Part shown: one piece after another, positions 1 through 12,879 of the stretch | How positions within the stretch are numbered: the first letter of the stretch is position 1 | Layout: every line of letters begins with the position of its first letter | NCBI GenBank assembly: GCA_013265495.1 | Contig: MU058423.1 | Coordinates: 261,061 to 325,060 of the forward strand | Origin: Vicugna vicugna | Lineage: Eukaryota | Direction: 5' to 3' | DNA: 64,000 nt | Notes under the pieces: model-generated | Seen by the model: the letters and a program-made list of their open reading frames with translations, nothing else | Database searches by the model: none | Told to the model about the DNA's origin: nothing | Made by a program: the position numbers and the translations under genes

Positions 1-54
1 GTTAGCAACGTTGAGCAGACTGAGAATTAATCTATGTCTTGAGCAGGGTTTTGG

Positions 55-240
55 AGCTGGACTAACCATGACTTTAATTATGTGACTTCGAGCAAGTTAA
101 CTGACTTTTCTAAGCTCCAATTTCCTCATCTGTACATTGGGAATAATAATAGTATCAACTTCATAGAGTTTTGAAGACTAAATGAGATATTGTGTGTGAA
201 AGCTTGCAACAACATGGTAGCACTTAATGAATTTTGGGCA
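55..240 (+). mobile_element. MIR SINE
   Basis: Core tgtgacttcgagcaagttaact...tttcctcatctgtacattgggaataataatagta. Confidence 0.7.
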
Positions 241-2123
241 CATTATTCTAAGAAGTCCCACAATAAAGAAACCCATTTAACTTTAATTCAGCTTTTCCTT
301 GCATTATTTAACCAAGCTCTCATTTTTAATATAAAAAGATTTTTTTTAAAACTTTGTAATCTCTATTAACATACCTAGGAACTAGTGTTTCCTGCTATAA
401 ACTTTGGAAAAACACTGCTACAGATAAAAATCTTAGGAAGTATTATGGCATGCATGGCCAATAAAATTTTTCTGTTTTTTTCTCATCTCTAGGTGGTGCT
501 CTATAACTATAGTAGAAATGTACAAATAATGGCATTTGTATTGGAGTGTTGTTTTTTTTTAAATAGGGATGACTACTTGACCGTTTTGTTAAAGTGAAGT
601 GCCAGATAAGAAAGGGATTTTTCTCTTGACTTAAAAAAAAATGATGGAGGAATTCTGGGTGAAAACTTTTATTAAAAGCCTCAAAATTTATTGACTTATA
701 AAGCTTACTCATAGCACATTTTGCCAATAAAAATCCAAATAAAGAAGATAGCTATCTTTAAATAGCTGATGTAATAGAAAAAGCATTGGTCTTGAAATCA
801 GAAGATGTAGTTTTGAGTATTGACTCTGCCACCTACTACCTGATAACTTTGGCCAAATCACATAAATTCTGAGTCTTACTTTCCTCATTTATAAGGGAGG
901 GGGAATTTATATATATTATATAGGGTGGGGATACAATAGTATGTAACTTATATATATAATATGTAAAACAGTTTTTAAAATTTGTCGTTACATTTTTTAA
1001 ACCAGTTTTAAATGTACAAAAATTAGGAAATTCAAGTAGCAGTCTAAAGGTTAAACTCCGTCATTACCTTTGAAATATTGATGAATTTTTATTAGCAAAT
1101 TTTATTACATTTGTAATTTCTTTTACCACCTGAAAAGAGGAAGCGAACTGTGCTGCTGTCTTACTTCTATCTGAACAGGTAGTGTGCTTGGGAGCTTGAA
1201 GAATAGCAACAAAGCCAGTTGTTTAACTAAGTATTATAAGTGAAAAGATTATTTGAAAGGAAAACACAGGATCCAGTGGGTATGCATAACACAACTTTCT
1301 ATTTTGTGGAATCAGGGAAAGTTCCCTACGGATATGTCATTTACGCTGAAATCTTAAGGAGCTAGTCAAAGGGAGTTGAAAAGGCTGGAGTATCCAAATA
1401 TGAAACATTCTGCTAATTCAACACAGAGAGCTGCTTTTGATTCCTCTTTTTAGAACAATGATAAATCATGGAAACAGGAAGAAGTGAATATCCTGATTTT
1501 TAAGTGGTTCAATGTGGGAATCAACCTGACTTTTAACCTACATTAATAATACTGCCAAATACTAAAGTAGTACTTTATTTTCAAAAGTATTTGCAATTCT
1601 TGTTAATCATATTTAATAGATAGGACATCGAAGTTCTGAGAGGTTAGAAGTTAAGTGACTTGCCCAAAGCACCTAGCTAATATATGGCTGAACTGGGAGT
1701 CAAATGTGGGCATTCTAACCCTAGTCTACTACTTAATCCACCACTTACTCCACAGTGCTAGTTTCGAATTTGTTTTTCTTTTTATTATGCTGCAGATAGG
1801 AAAAAAATTATAATGTAACATGGCAGTTAACATTATTTATAGATTAAACACTTCTTATTGTTTTTAATTGCTTTATTTATAAACATATTTCTTCTAGTGT
1901 TGCCTCAGCTTGTCTGAATTTCATTACAAAAGTACAAAAAGCTATTTTTACCTTGGCTCAGCATGTGTTGTCAGGGCATCCTGTGTTTAGCTTATTGTTT
2001 CAGAAGGAGAGCACATTTAAAGTGCTGAATTAAATAGGAGCATCTTGAGAGAATGTTTTGATTTGAGCTCATATCTGCTGATCAGTTCTATTTTAAATGA
2101 AAGATGTTTTCTGTTTGTCACAG

Positions 2124-2286
2124 ATATTTGAATGGTGGTACTTCCATAAGCATGGCACATCTTTTATTGAGCAAGTATCTGTAAACCATTTGCGACCATT
2201 GATGGGAGGAACAGAAAGCAGCATTTCAGACCCAGGTTCTCCTTCCAGCAGCAAAGAAAGTGAAACCAACAGACAGAATTTGTCAG
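2124..2286 (+). CDS. ST7L: ST7L coding exon (probable exon 3), [54 protein letters not shown]
   Basis: cag| acceptor at 2121-2123, |gtga donor; 163 nt; FHKHG and GGTESSIS wording fits ST7L rather than ST7 (FRKYG, GGVDNNSS). Confidence 0.95.
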
Positions 2287-2339
2287 GTGACTACTACTTA
2301 TTCAATGTGTTTTCAGAGCTGTATAGTTAAGATTGTGTT

Positions 2340-2800
2340 TACTGTGGCAGATAGAAAACTCACAACAGTAGACAGAAGTTTGCCTTTCTTACAAATATAG
2401 GTAATTCATGGCTGATACGGAGAGCAATGATCATCAGAGACCTAGACTCCTTCTGTTTCGTTAGCCTGCCATCTCCAGTGCAGTTTTCCTTGTGATCCAA
2501 GATAGTTGCTCTGGCTTCAGCCATCCTATCCACATTCCAGTCAGTAAGAAAAAAAATAGGCCAGGAGAAAGGCATCCTTTCCCTATACCCCACCCCAGAG
2601 CCACCAAGGACACTTACCAAAAGTGTTATATACTATTTCAACTTACTACCTACTGGTCACATCTTTGTCAAGTGGCCAGAACTAGCTGTACGGAGGCTAG
2701 GAAGTGTAATCATCTTCTCAATGTACATATGCCCAGGTGATAAGGGGATCTTGTTACTAATAAAGGAGAGAACGGAGACAATTCTCCATCTCTGCCAAGA
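2340..2800. mobile_element. Old MaLR (MLT1-type) LTR remnant
   Basis: Motifs caagatagttgct...ccacattccag and agctgtacggaggctaggaagtgta resemble MLT1 consensus (from recall). Confidence 0.55.
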
Positions 2801-3442
2801 GAGCAAAGTTAGGAAAAATACGTTTTCTTTTCAATATATTTACAAAAACATCAAAATTTCAGTTATTCATATATGAATATTCTATTGTCATACTAAAATT
2901 GTAACTATTCCTCTATATGTATCTACTACTACGAAGTAAATTTTACTAATGATACACAGTTAGGAAAGTAAAAATTTCAAAGCCAAATAGAGATGACATT
3001 TTTGGATTATTGTTCCTTTCATTTGCTATAGGAAATAATCATACAGTAATAATACAAATGAGTTAATTCCATAGAATGTATAATGTCTCATTTGTTCAAT
3101 AAAACTAATCACTAGAGTTGTATTAGTTTATTAGAAAAATACTACCTGGGTGCAATTGCTGGCACTTTTTAGGGGCAGGCAGGGAAAGCCTCTGAGAAAG
3201 AACTGTTTAAACTGAGCCCTGAAGCACGCGTGGGTGTTGACCAGGAATAGTAGGGATGGGGTTGGCAGCCATTCAAGAGTACAGGAAGCAGTAATGGTAA
3301 CTTTCTTTCCCCTTCTCCTTTCTCCTGTTTCATAAAATAATTACAGAACTCATAAGAATAAGGCATATTAAGATGAATATGACATAAATCTGTCCTCAAG
3401 AAGCTCTCACCAGAACCTAATGGTGTTGGCATCCTGATTTGG

Positions 3443-3556
3443 TGGGGAGGTAATTAGGTTTATTTATTTGCTTTTTTAATGGAGGTACTGGGAATTGAAT
3501 CTAGGACCTTGTGCATGCTAAGCACACACTCTAACACTCAGCTATACCCTCCCCAC
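3443..3556 (-). mobile_element. tRNA-derived SINE, camelid Vic-1-like
   Basis: Reverse complement reads ggggagggtatagctgagt...ggtcctagattcaattcccagtacctcc...aaacctaattacctcccc, with A/B-box-like motifs. Confidence 0.85.
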
Positions 3557-3569
3557 CAAAGGAAAAAAA

Positions 3570-4207
3570 AATCACATCTGTTAATATCACTGCCAGTCTC
3601 TCAGAAAAGCCTTTAAATATTGGGAAATTATTAGGCTCACAGTAATACTTACAGGTTTTTCAAAATTCTGATATATACTTAAAAGCACAAATTTTATCCT
3701 TAGCAACAAATACTGTTTTTTCTTCCTTGAATTTGACAGACCCACTTTGTTCAACTTTGAGAAAATGTCTGCCAGTTATCCTGAATAATCATAAGTTTGT
3801 CTCTTGATGGCTCTTTCCAGTAAAAGTGATGCTTCATGAAAAAAAAAAGATCATTTCAGCTCAAAAAACAATTGCTTATTCTGGAGACAACCATCATACT
3901 TGGTTGCCTTGTTTACTAGGGAGAGGGTAAGGAAACCAGTGGTTACTAGTACAGTTTGGTGTCACTGCCTTGACTCATGCTAAAGTGTCAGCAGTTTTGC
4001 CAACCATTGATTTTGTACCATCAGCCCAACTTTGCAGGACTGGGACTCCTGTGAGGCATGTCAGGTCCTCGGGGTACAAAATTTAAGGGAGCCCTTACTC
4101 TTGGGGTTGAGTTTATGTCAACAAGTTAAAAAGGCAAATGTCTTAACATTTATTATGAAATTAGTTGTTACTTTCCAGTTCCATGAATCATACTTTGAGA
4201 ACCACTG
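3570..4207. mobile_element. hAT-Charlie1-type DNA transposon remnant, interrupted by an insert of about 90 bp (~4025-4114)
   Basis: ctagtacagtttggtgtcactgccttgactcatgctaa...ccatcag...atgtcaac...aaaaaggcaaat and terminal tttgagaaccactg. Confidence 0.7.
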
Positions 4208-4544
4208 ATCTAAAACAAAGAGCTGACTTTTCTATTTATAAACCTTTGATGGCTTCTGATTGACTAAGAATAATGTCTAAAATCTCTATGTAGTATATAA
4301 GCTCCTTCATCAATTTCTCCCAGTCTATTTTCTAGCCTCACTTGTAGCTCTACCTCTCACACCATACTGTGTACTCTAGCCTAACTATTCTGTGTGGTTT
4401 TCTGATCCTTCCTCTGCTTAGAATGTTCTTCATCTGGCAACCTTCTTGTCACCTTTTACAGTGTGTTCAAGTTTAAATGTCACCTCCTTTCTAAAGCCTT
4501 CCCTAATTTCCCCAGAGCAAAATTAATACTTCCTTTTTATCTCT
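4017..4544 (+). repeat. Left arm of a 528-bp inverted duplication
   Basis: Base-by-base reverse-complement match to 5761-6288 with 3 mismatches. Confidence 0.97.
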
Positions 4545-4993
4545 GGGAACAAAGGATACCTCTACCACAGCACTTATCACACAGTTTAGTTGATAGTTTA
4601 TATAACTAATTCTCATGCTACATTTAATACTATTAAACAAGTTAGTTCCAAATGTTGTGGTTGGCTCCAGAAATACAAAATGACCAAAGTATTAAAAGCT
4701 CATATTTTAAAGGCAGAAACTGAAAACCAAACTGATAATCATCTTGTAATATGGCAAATGCTATACTTGAATTATGAGCCAAATGCTATGGGGACAGAAA
4801 TAAGGGAATGACTAGATTTGATTGTATGCTGCATGACAGCAGGGGTGATCCATGCCTTATTCATCTCTGTGCTGTATGTGGCTAGCACTATGCTTAGTAC
4901 ACAGTGACTATACAATAAGTGTTAGTTAAATTAAGATATAACTGTACTTGATTAAACTGTCTCATTTTCTCCTTTTTTCCCTTTGTTTTTTAG

Positions 4994-5048
4994 AATGCAA
5001 GGTATGGAGAAATCCCCTAAATCTTTTCAGAGGAGCAGAATATAGGAG
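4994..5048 (+). CDS. ST7L: ST7L coding exon (probable exon 4), (E)[17 protein letters not shown](R)
   Basis: Long pyrimidine tract plus tag acceptor, gtatta donor; 55 nt; phase matches neighbours; conserved ST7-family motif. Confidence 0.95.
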
Positions 5049-5760
5049 GTATTAATTTTACGTTCAGTATAATTATGGCATTGGATTTAGAGTAAAAGTA
5101 TTACGAAAACATTTGTTTTTATAAATATATCACAACTTTTCTAGTTGGACATACTGGTGTATAATAAGGAAAAATGATTAGACCAAGGTCTAGTTGGCAG
5201 CCTCTCAACTGTATTTGCTTTTATAATCATGAGAAACATTGCTTCAAACCATATGTTTGTAATATATAATAAGTATACATTTGGCCCTTGGTTTATGGCA
5301 GAAAGCTTTTTCAAAGAATTCATGAGATTAAGAAAAAATTACAAATGTCATTTCTGTGCATATGTGCTCAATTTCAACTTTATTTGAGGATTCACTAGAA
5401 AATATCAACCTGTATGTGAATAAGAATTTCATCTGTGCAACTGTAGAAAGCATAGTATTCTTACATCGCCATTCCCTGTATATACTACTATGTCCGTTTC
5501 TCTTCCAGTTTTTACTCTAAATGAGAAAATATTTTTTGAAGCTTATGACCAAAGATACTTTATTTTTATTTTGAGAAGGGCTATGTTTTACCTGGTGATA
5601 GATTGATTTAATTCATTGAACAAGAAACTCTATATGTTTACTATGTATAGGGACTATACAAAATGATGAGAATACTAAATGGTAAGCAAGAATCTCTGTG
5701 CTTAAGGACTTGATAGTGTAGGACAGTCACATCCTGGGAAGCAAAAGCTAAGCTTTTATG

Positions 5761-6288
5761 AGAGATAAAAAGGGAGTATTGATTTTGCTCTGGGGAAATT
5801 AGGGAAGGCTTTAGAAAGGAGGTGACATTTAAACTTGAACACACTGTAAAAGGTGACAAGAAGGTTGCCAGATGAAGAACATTCTAAGCAGAGGAAGGAT
5901 CAGAAAACCACACAGAATAGTTAGGCTAGAGTACACAGTATGGTGTGAGAGGTAGAGCTACAAGTGAGGCTAGAAAATAGACTGGGAGAAATTGATGAAG
6001 GAGCTTATATACTACATAGAGATTTTAGACATTATTCTTAGTCAATCAGAAGCCATCAAAGGTTTATAAATAGAAAAGTCAGCTCTTTGTTTTAGATCAG
6101 TGGTTCTCAAAGTATGATTCATGGAACTGGAAAGTAACAACTAATTTCATAATAAATGTTAAGACATTTGCCTTTTTAACTTGTTGACATAAACTCAACC
6201 CCAAGAGTAAGGGCTCCCTTAAATTTTGTACCCCGAGGACCTGACACGCCTCACAGGAGTCCCAGTCCTGCAAAGTTGGGCTGATGGT
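5761..6288 (-). repeat. Right arm of a 528-bp inverted duplication
   Basis: Reverse complement of 4017-4544. Confidence 0.97.
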
Positions 6289-6557
6289 GCTTGTATTAAT
6301 GGATTCTGCAAAAAACAGGTCCTTGAACTTCTCACTGTATTTATTAAAAAGTTTTAAGGACCTTTTTGTTGTCTTACAGTGTCTACTTAGTAAATTTAAA
6401 AATAAGGATCAGGCCATAAAATGGACCCTGGAACAAAGCTAACATATGAAGCTAACACATGAAACACATTCCAAAGAGTTCCATATACTTGCTAAGGTTT
6501 GGCTACAATATGCTTTTAAGCTTTCCAGAACCACACAATGATCAGCAATGTAATTTA

Positions 6558-6711
6558 TTTATTTAAAAATTTTTCATTTTGTTTTTTATTTTGGGAGGGA
6601 GGTAATTAGGTTCATTTATTTATTTATATTAATGGAGGGCCTGGGGATTGAAATCAGGACCTCATGCATGCTAAGCACATACTCTATCACTGAGCTATAC
6701 CCTCCCCCAAC
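6558..6711 (-). mobile_element. tRNA-derived SINE, camelid Vic-1-like, with TSD
   Basis: Same SINE body; TSD caatgtaattta at 6546-6557 and 6712-6723. Confidence 0.88.
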
Positions 6712-7849
6712 CAATGTAATTTAGACTTTTGCATTAAGATAAACGAATCATTTGAAACAAAATATAAGTGTTTCTGATACTAAGATAAGAAATTTCACCT
6801 TTTTCTACCACTAAGTGATAACTGCTATTGGTATTTCCATTCAGGTTTTCATCTAATGCATATATAGAAACAGAACTTTAACGTCATTTATATATGTATA
6901 GCTTTACATCTTTTTTTCTAATACTATATGTGAATTTCCCACAGAATTTCTTCAAAACATAAATTTCTCCAAAAAAATAACTTTTAATGGTTGTACTATA
7001 GTCTGTTATATGGAGGTGACATACATAATTTACCTACTGCTCCCCTATCTAGCTCACAGATTATATTTTACTGTTAACATTTACACTACAGGGGTATCTT
7101 TGTATGTAAATATTTAGCCATATGTATGATTATTTCCTTAGGGTTGATTTGTAGCTCTGGGATTACTAAATCAAAAGGTGTGAACAGGTTTTTTTTTTTT
7201 TTCCTTTAAATTTTTTCTTTTCTTGATGTTGGAAAATTTCAAAAATAAACAAAAGTAGATAGAGTGGTTTAATGGAATTCCACATACCCATCCTAGCTAG
7301 ATGTGAATATTTTCAAGACTCTTGATAGATGTTATCTAATTGATAGATATCTAATTTCTGGAAAGAGAAATACAAATGCCAGTTTATATTTATAACAGCA
7401 ATATGTGTGAATCTCTATACCACCTAACCCTTGACAACATATATTTGTCAATTTTATAGGTGAAAAGTAAAAATTAGTTATTTTAATTTGCTGTTTGCCA
7501 ATTACTGAGATTAGATATTTTTAAATGTATTTATTCACCAATTTGTTAACTTGCTATTAATTATTGAGGGTTCAAGGGGATACAAAAATTTAAATTTCTA
7601 ATTTAGTAAAATCTGAAAAAAGTTTCTCTTTGCTTTTATGCTTTGCAAGCTCTTTGTCATCTTTTCTTTTTAAGATTAAACTTAAAAAAATTTTTATACA
7701 TATGTATATTTTTAACACCTTTATTGTGGTATGATTCCTGTACAGTAAACTACACATATTTCAGATGTACAATTTGATAAATTTTAACAGATGTATATAC
7801 CAACAAAACCACCACCACGATCAAAATAGCTAACATTTCTATCACTCCC

Positions 7850-8815
7850 CAAGAGGTGCAAATTTCAAATTCCCAATTTATCCCTTCCCACCTCCTTTAC
7901 CACTGGTAAGCACTGTTGTCTGTGTGTCTGGTTTTGTTTTGTAGATAAGTTCATTTGTGTCCTTTTTTTTTCCCTTTTTAAATTTTTTTTAAATTTTTTA
8001 ATTTTTGGAGGGGAGGGAAGGAGGTAATTAGGTATGTATGTATGTATTTATTTATATATTTCTAGAGGAGCTACTGGGGATTGAACCCAGGACCTCGAGC
8101 ATGCTAAGCATGCACTCTGCCACTTGAGCTATATCCTCCCCACTGTGTCCTTTTTTTTAGATTCCACATACAAGTTATATCATATGGTATTTTTCCTTCT
8201 CTTCCTGACTTTCTTCACTTAGAATGACAATCTCCAGGCCCATCCATGTTGCTGCAAATGGCATTTTTTATTCTTTTCTGTGGCTGACTAGTATTCCCTT
8301 TTGTATCTATACCACACCTTCTTTATCCAGTCATCTGTTGATGGATATTTGGGTTGTTTCTATGTCTTGGCTATTGTAAATAGTGCTGCTTGTGAACATT
8401 GGGGTGCATGTATCTTTTCAAATTATATTTTTCTCTGGATATATGCCCAGGAGTGGGATTACTGGTTTATATGGTAAATCTATTTTTGTTTTTTTGAGGA
8501 GTCAACATATTGTCCTCCATAGTGGCAGCACCAGTTTACATTCCCACCAACAGTGTAGGAGAGTTCCTTTTTCTCCACACCCTCTCAAGGATTTTTGTGG
8601 ACTTTTTAATGATGGCCATCCTGACTGATGTGAGGTGATACCTCATTGTAGTTTTGATTTGCATTTCTCTAACAATTACTGATGTTGAGCATCTTTTCAT
8701 GTGCCTGTTGGCCATCTGGATGTCTTCTTTGGAGAGATGTCTATTTAGGTCTTCTGCCCATTTTTTGATTGGGTTGCTCGTTGTTTTTTTTGATATTAAG
8801 GTGTATGAGCTGTGT
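7850..8815 (-). mobile_element. Lineage-specific L1, ORF2 3' end plus 3'UTR, antisense
   Basis: Typical L1 antisense text (tccatccatgttgctgcaaatggc, cccaccaacagtgtaggag); ORF 8383..8628 is an antisense L1 reading. Confidence 0.9.
7971..8143 (-). mobile_element. tRNA-derived SINE nested in an L1 3' region
   Basis: SINE body at about 8008-8142; TSD tgtgtccttttttt starting at 7956 and 8144. Confidence 0.88.
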
Positions 8816-8897
8816 TTTGAATTTTAGATAGTGTCTGTTGTAGCATACAGATGCCCTCTCATGTTCAATTTACATATTTTCTTGTGTTTTGGTAAAG

Positions 8898-9013
8898 ATA
8901 CACTTGGGTGACTGGTAAAGAGCCACTTACTTACTATGACATGAATTTGTCAGCTCAGGATCATCAGACCTTTTTTACCTGTGACACGGATTTTTTACGT
9001 CCTTCAGACACAG
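8898..9013 (+). CDS. ST7L: ST7L coding exon (probable exon 5), [38 protein letters not shown]
   Basis: aag| acceptor, |gtatgt donor; 116 nt; in frame with upstream exons. Confidence 0.95.
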
Positions 9014-9914
9014 GTATGTATCATATCTGTTCACGGGGTAAACAATAGTTATAAAATTATTTTTAAAGTTTTTTAGAGTTATTTATTATAATATATAATG
9101 TTATTTGGCTTGGAGTTGTTTGCATCATTGATAAGAAACCCAGATTAAATTAAAACCAATTATGATGGTAAACTAGGTTATTGTTCTACCTTTCTGTCTT
9201 ATAAAGTATTTTATGCTTCTTTTATTACTTAAGAAACCTTTCAGATCAAATACAGCAATTACCAATGTAGAGAGAATGGTGTACCCAATTTTGTTCTGGG
9301 AAATTAACACCTGCAATTACACATTTAAAAAAAGAGTAGGACAAAGCTAAACATTGGGGCTTGGGGGGTAGAGAAAAATGGGGTATGTTACATTCTAGTC
9401 ATAAGTCAGAGATGCTTATAAAGTGGTGAAAGACCATAAAAATGTCTGTGTTTAGTTCTCTGTAACCTCTTCTCTATAGAAGAGAGTATTGAGACTCTTA
9501 AATGTTTGGCTTAAAGACAGGGATCTTTATCACAGCTATTTTGAATGCCTCTCCCTCCTTATCTATGCTTCTGTTTTTATCCCTCCTGGTTTTATCCTTC
9601 AAAATTAAAAGTTACTTTCTCTTGGAAGCCGTCTCTGATCTTCTCTGCAGTTCTGTAATACTTAGCCCAAACCTCACTGAAATAACTACTTAATTTACTG
9701 AACTGTAAGCATTTATTTGTTAATGTCATCATGTTGCTTTAATGTTTGTCCTCCTAATAGTGTGTGAAACTTTGGGAAACAGGGACTATATTCTCATCAT
9801 CTTTGAATTCCTATCATCTAGGGATGTAAATATTAATATGTATTCTTTGATGAAAGTATGAAAGTATGAATGAATAAATAGCCTTGGTGTCACAGATGTC
9901 TTAAGCAATTTTGC

Positions 9915-10135
9915 TAATAGTAACTAACACTTGTATGGCACTTATTATGTGCCAAGCTCTATTCTAAGCAATTTATATAAATATACTAATTTAATCTTCC
10001 CACTTTATGAGATAGGTACTATTATCAGTCTCATTTTAAATATAAAGGAACTGAGGCATGCCCTAAATCATCTAGCTAATAAATGATAAAGGTGGGTTTC
10101 AAACACAAGTCTGGCTCTTAACCACTGCACTATTA
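9915..10135 (-). mobile_element. MIR SINE
   Basis: gcacttattatgtgccaag...aggtactattatc...aaaggaactgaggca. Confidence 0.7.
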
Positions 10136-10529
10136 CTGACTCGACTCACCGCATTAATAGGCAGAAGAAAATCACAAACAATTAGGGTCTGGAAAATAGC
10201 CAGTTTTCCAGCATTGGTATATCTGTTCTGCATTAAGTATATTAAGGGTGTATGGTAGCAGGAAACCCAAGGACCTTTGGTATGGTTACATAAAATGATT
10301 AAGTTGCAAATAAGAGAAGAAGGAATTACTTTATGTTTATGTGCTTAATGTTTATATTAATGGCAAAAGTGTAGGTGTTGGGGAAATAACAGCAGTGGAA
10401 AATTAGTATTGTATGTTATCTATAAGGACTGAGGTGACTCCAGAAATTAAGGCTTTTCACCTCCTTCTCAGGGGCTGAATTGCAGACCTTGGCAGGCTTT
10501 TCAGATAGCAGCCATGACTATCCACTAAA

Positions 10530-11330
10530 GTTGTGGTCTTAGAACATTTTTGTTCATGTGCCTCCTAAAAGAATTTTGGAAAACTCAGTATCCTTTCACA
10601 CATTCTTAAGTTGATGTCATATGGTTAAATAACTGCAAAGAATGTAATTTTTGACATAAATACAGAATTTAAAAAATTAGAATACACTATATTTAAATGT
10701 ATCTCAAGGAATCTGATTACTTGATAGCCACCATTATTCATCGAAAAATACATGAACAAATACTCTAACAGTAGTAAATTTTATAAGTCCTTTTTCTTGT
10801 TGAACTCATATTCATTCCATGACTATATATGATTTTATTATAATTATTTTATGCTTGAAAATCTTTTATCTGACTTAAATGCTTTCCCACAATAAACATC
10901 TTTTGTATAAAGTTTTAAAACTTAAATTTCTTAACTGTAAAGTTTAAATGGAGTCATGTACATGTACTTCATATTTTTGTCAAATCCTTGGCTCTTTGAA
11001 CTTTGGAAAATGTTTTCCATATAACCTAATTGGCTGAATGAGTTCTCATTGTTAATCCTGTTTACCAAATCAGACATATACTTTATGGTTTCTACCGATC
11101 AGATACTCCTAAACTCCTCTCAATTTTATATACCCAAAATCTTTTAAAACATGCATACATTTTAACCACCTTCCACCTCTAAAAATGAAATATTTGGTCA
11201 GGTATGCAAAGATGTTGAAAGATGATTATCACAATATTTCTATATTAATAGAAAATGAAGAATTCTGACTTCATTTTTTAATTCATGTAAACATCTTAAC
11301 ATGCATCCCATGACAACCATCTCTCTTCTG
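10530..11330. mobile_element. Old hAT-Charlie DNA transposon remnant
   Basis: aacatttttgttcatgtgcctcctaaaagaattttggaaaact...taagttgatgtc resembles a Charlie end; degenerate. Confidence 0.5.
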
Positions 11331-12879
11331 AATTTAGATTCTAAGATAGAAAGATAGATAAATCTTGGAGCTTTGCCTTGAGCTTATCACTTGGCCAAAA
11401 TAAGATTCCACTGCCTTTATCATCCCTTACTAGTGCTTTCTTTGCCTTACTATGAGGGGATCTTCCTTTAGGAGCAGTGCATGCTTTGATAGTAAGGGGA
11501 AAAGGGGTACTGGTAAATGGAACTGATGAAAATTGTTATCACTCCCTCCCCACTCTATATGGTACTTGAATTTAGAGCATCCAGGGGCCAGAACACTCTA
11601 TTGCTAATGCCAAACTTCACTGCTAAAAGAAAGAAATAAAAGGCACAAATCCCTATTTTAGGTGCCTTGATTGAAAATTGCCCCCCAAATCCAAACTTTG
11701 AATTGTCTCTATGGCACCTGAATATTTTTACACTCTAGGGCAATGCACCTTGAAAAGATTCAGGGTGGGTGAGAAGCAGGCCTTTCTTTTGTAAAGTAGA
11801 AGAAGATAATGTATCTTTTGGGGAGCTGGAGCAGGGGAGTGAACATTGGGTAGGAAAGGAAAACTAACATGACACATAGGCCAAGACAAATCAGAGGAAC
11901 ATTCTTCAGGTAGATCAGTTATAAGAAAGAGTCATATAAAGTTGAAGCTTTAGAAATAGATTCTCTGAACACTATGTGTCCCATTTTGGTCTTTCAGTGT
12001 TTCATGTAGTATTTCTAGAGATACTCGTAATGCCAGCTAAAGACTGAACTAAACTTAATCCACAAATGATGATTCAGAAGTGGACTGTTGGTTCCATATT
12101 GGTCTTTTCAGACACTCGCATAAGGGTAATGATTTATGTCTGTAGTTTTATATTTAAAAAAAGACAGATGTGTCTATATGTGTGATATGACAAATTTCTC
12201 TTTTTTTTTTCAAATTTCTCTTGACTATTGGCATTAGTAATTACTAAATTAGTAGATTTTTGTTCTTATCCTGTTGATTACTTTAACTAAGAGAACAAAT
12301 ACATCCTGAGGGCCAGCCAGCAGTGTTTTCTGAATAATTTGTTTTCATGGGGTTTTTTAACATTTAAAAGTCAGGAGATTTAACATTAACCTCCAGATTT
12401 ACACTTTTAAGTTGGAAAATATGACAAAACTGGGGCTCCATTTCCAATTGGCAATAATTAGTTAGACATAAGCAGTGACACTTTTTAGACAGTGCATATG
12501 CTTTTAGTTTATTCATTTATGTTTTTTGCCTAATCTCTGTAGGTATTTATATTTGTCACCCCTGGTCTTGGGATGAATGCTAGTACTTCTGCTTGTTAGC
12601 ATAGTATATTATTTAACTTGAAAAATGGATGTTTGATTGAATTGCTAACTGCTTGTGTTATTTTTAAAACATATCAACAATTCTTAAAGAAGACAGCTGA
12701 ATACCAAATCAGCATTTTGCTTTAAATTATTCCTAAACCTTGATTTAGAATGAAGTATATTTTTTCTTCCTTTATGTTATTTCTCCTCCCCTCTTTTTGG
12801 CTTAGAATTGCGTTAGTTGTGAGGAATAATCTTGAAAAGCTGATAGAGCATTTGAAAACATAAGAATAAGAAAAAATGC

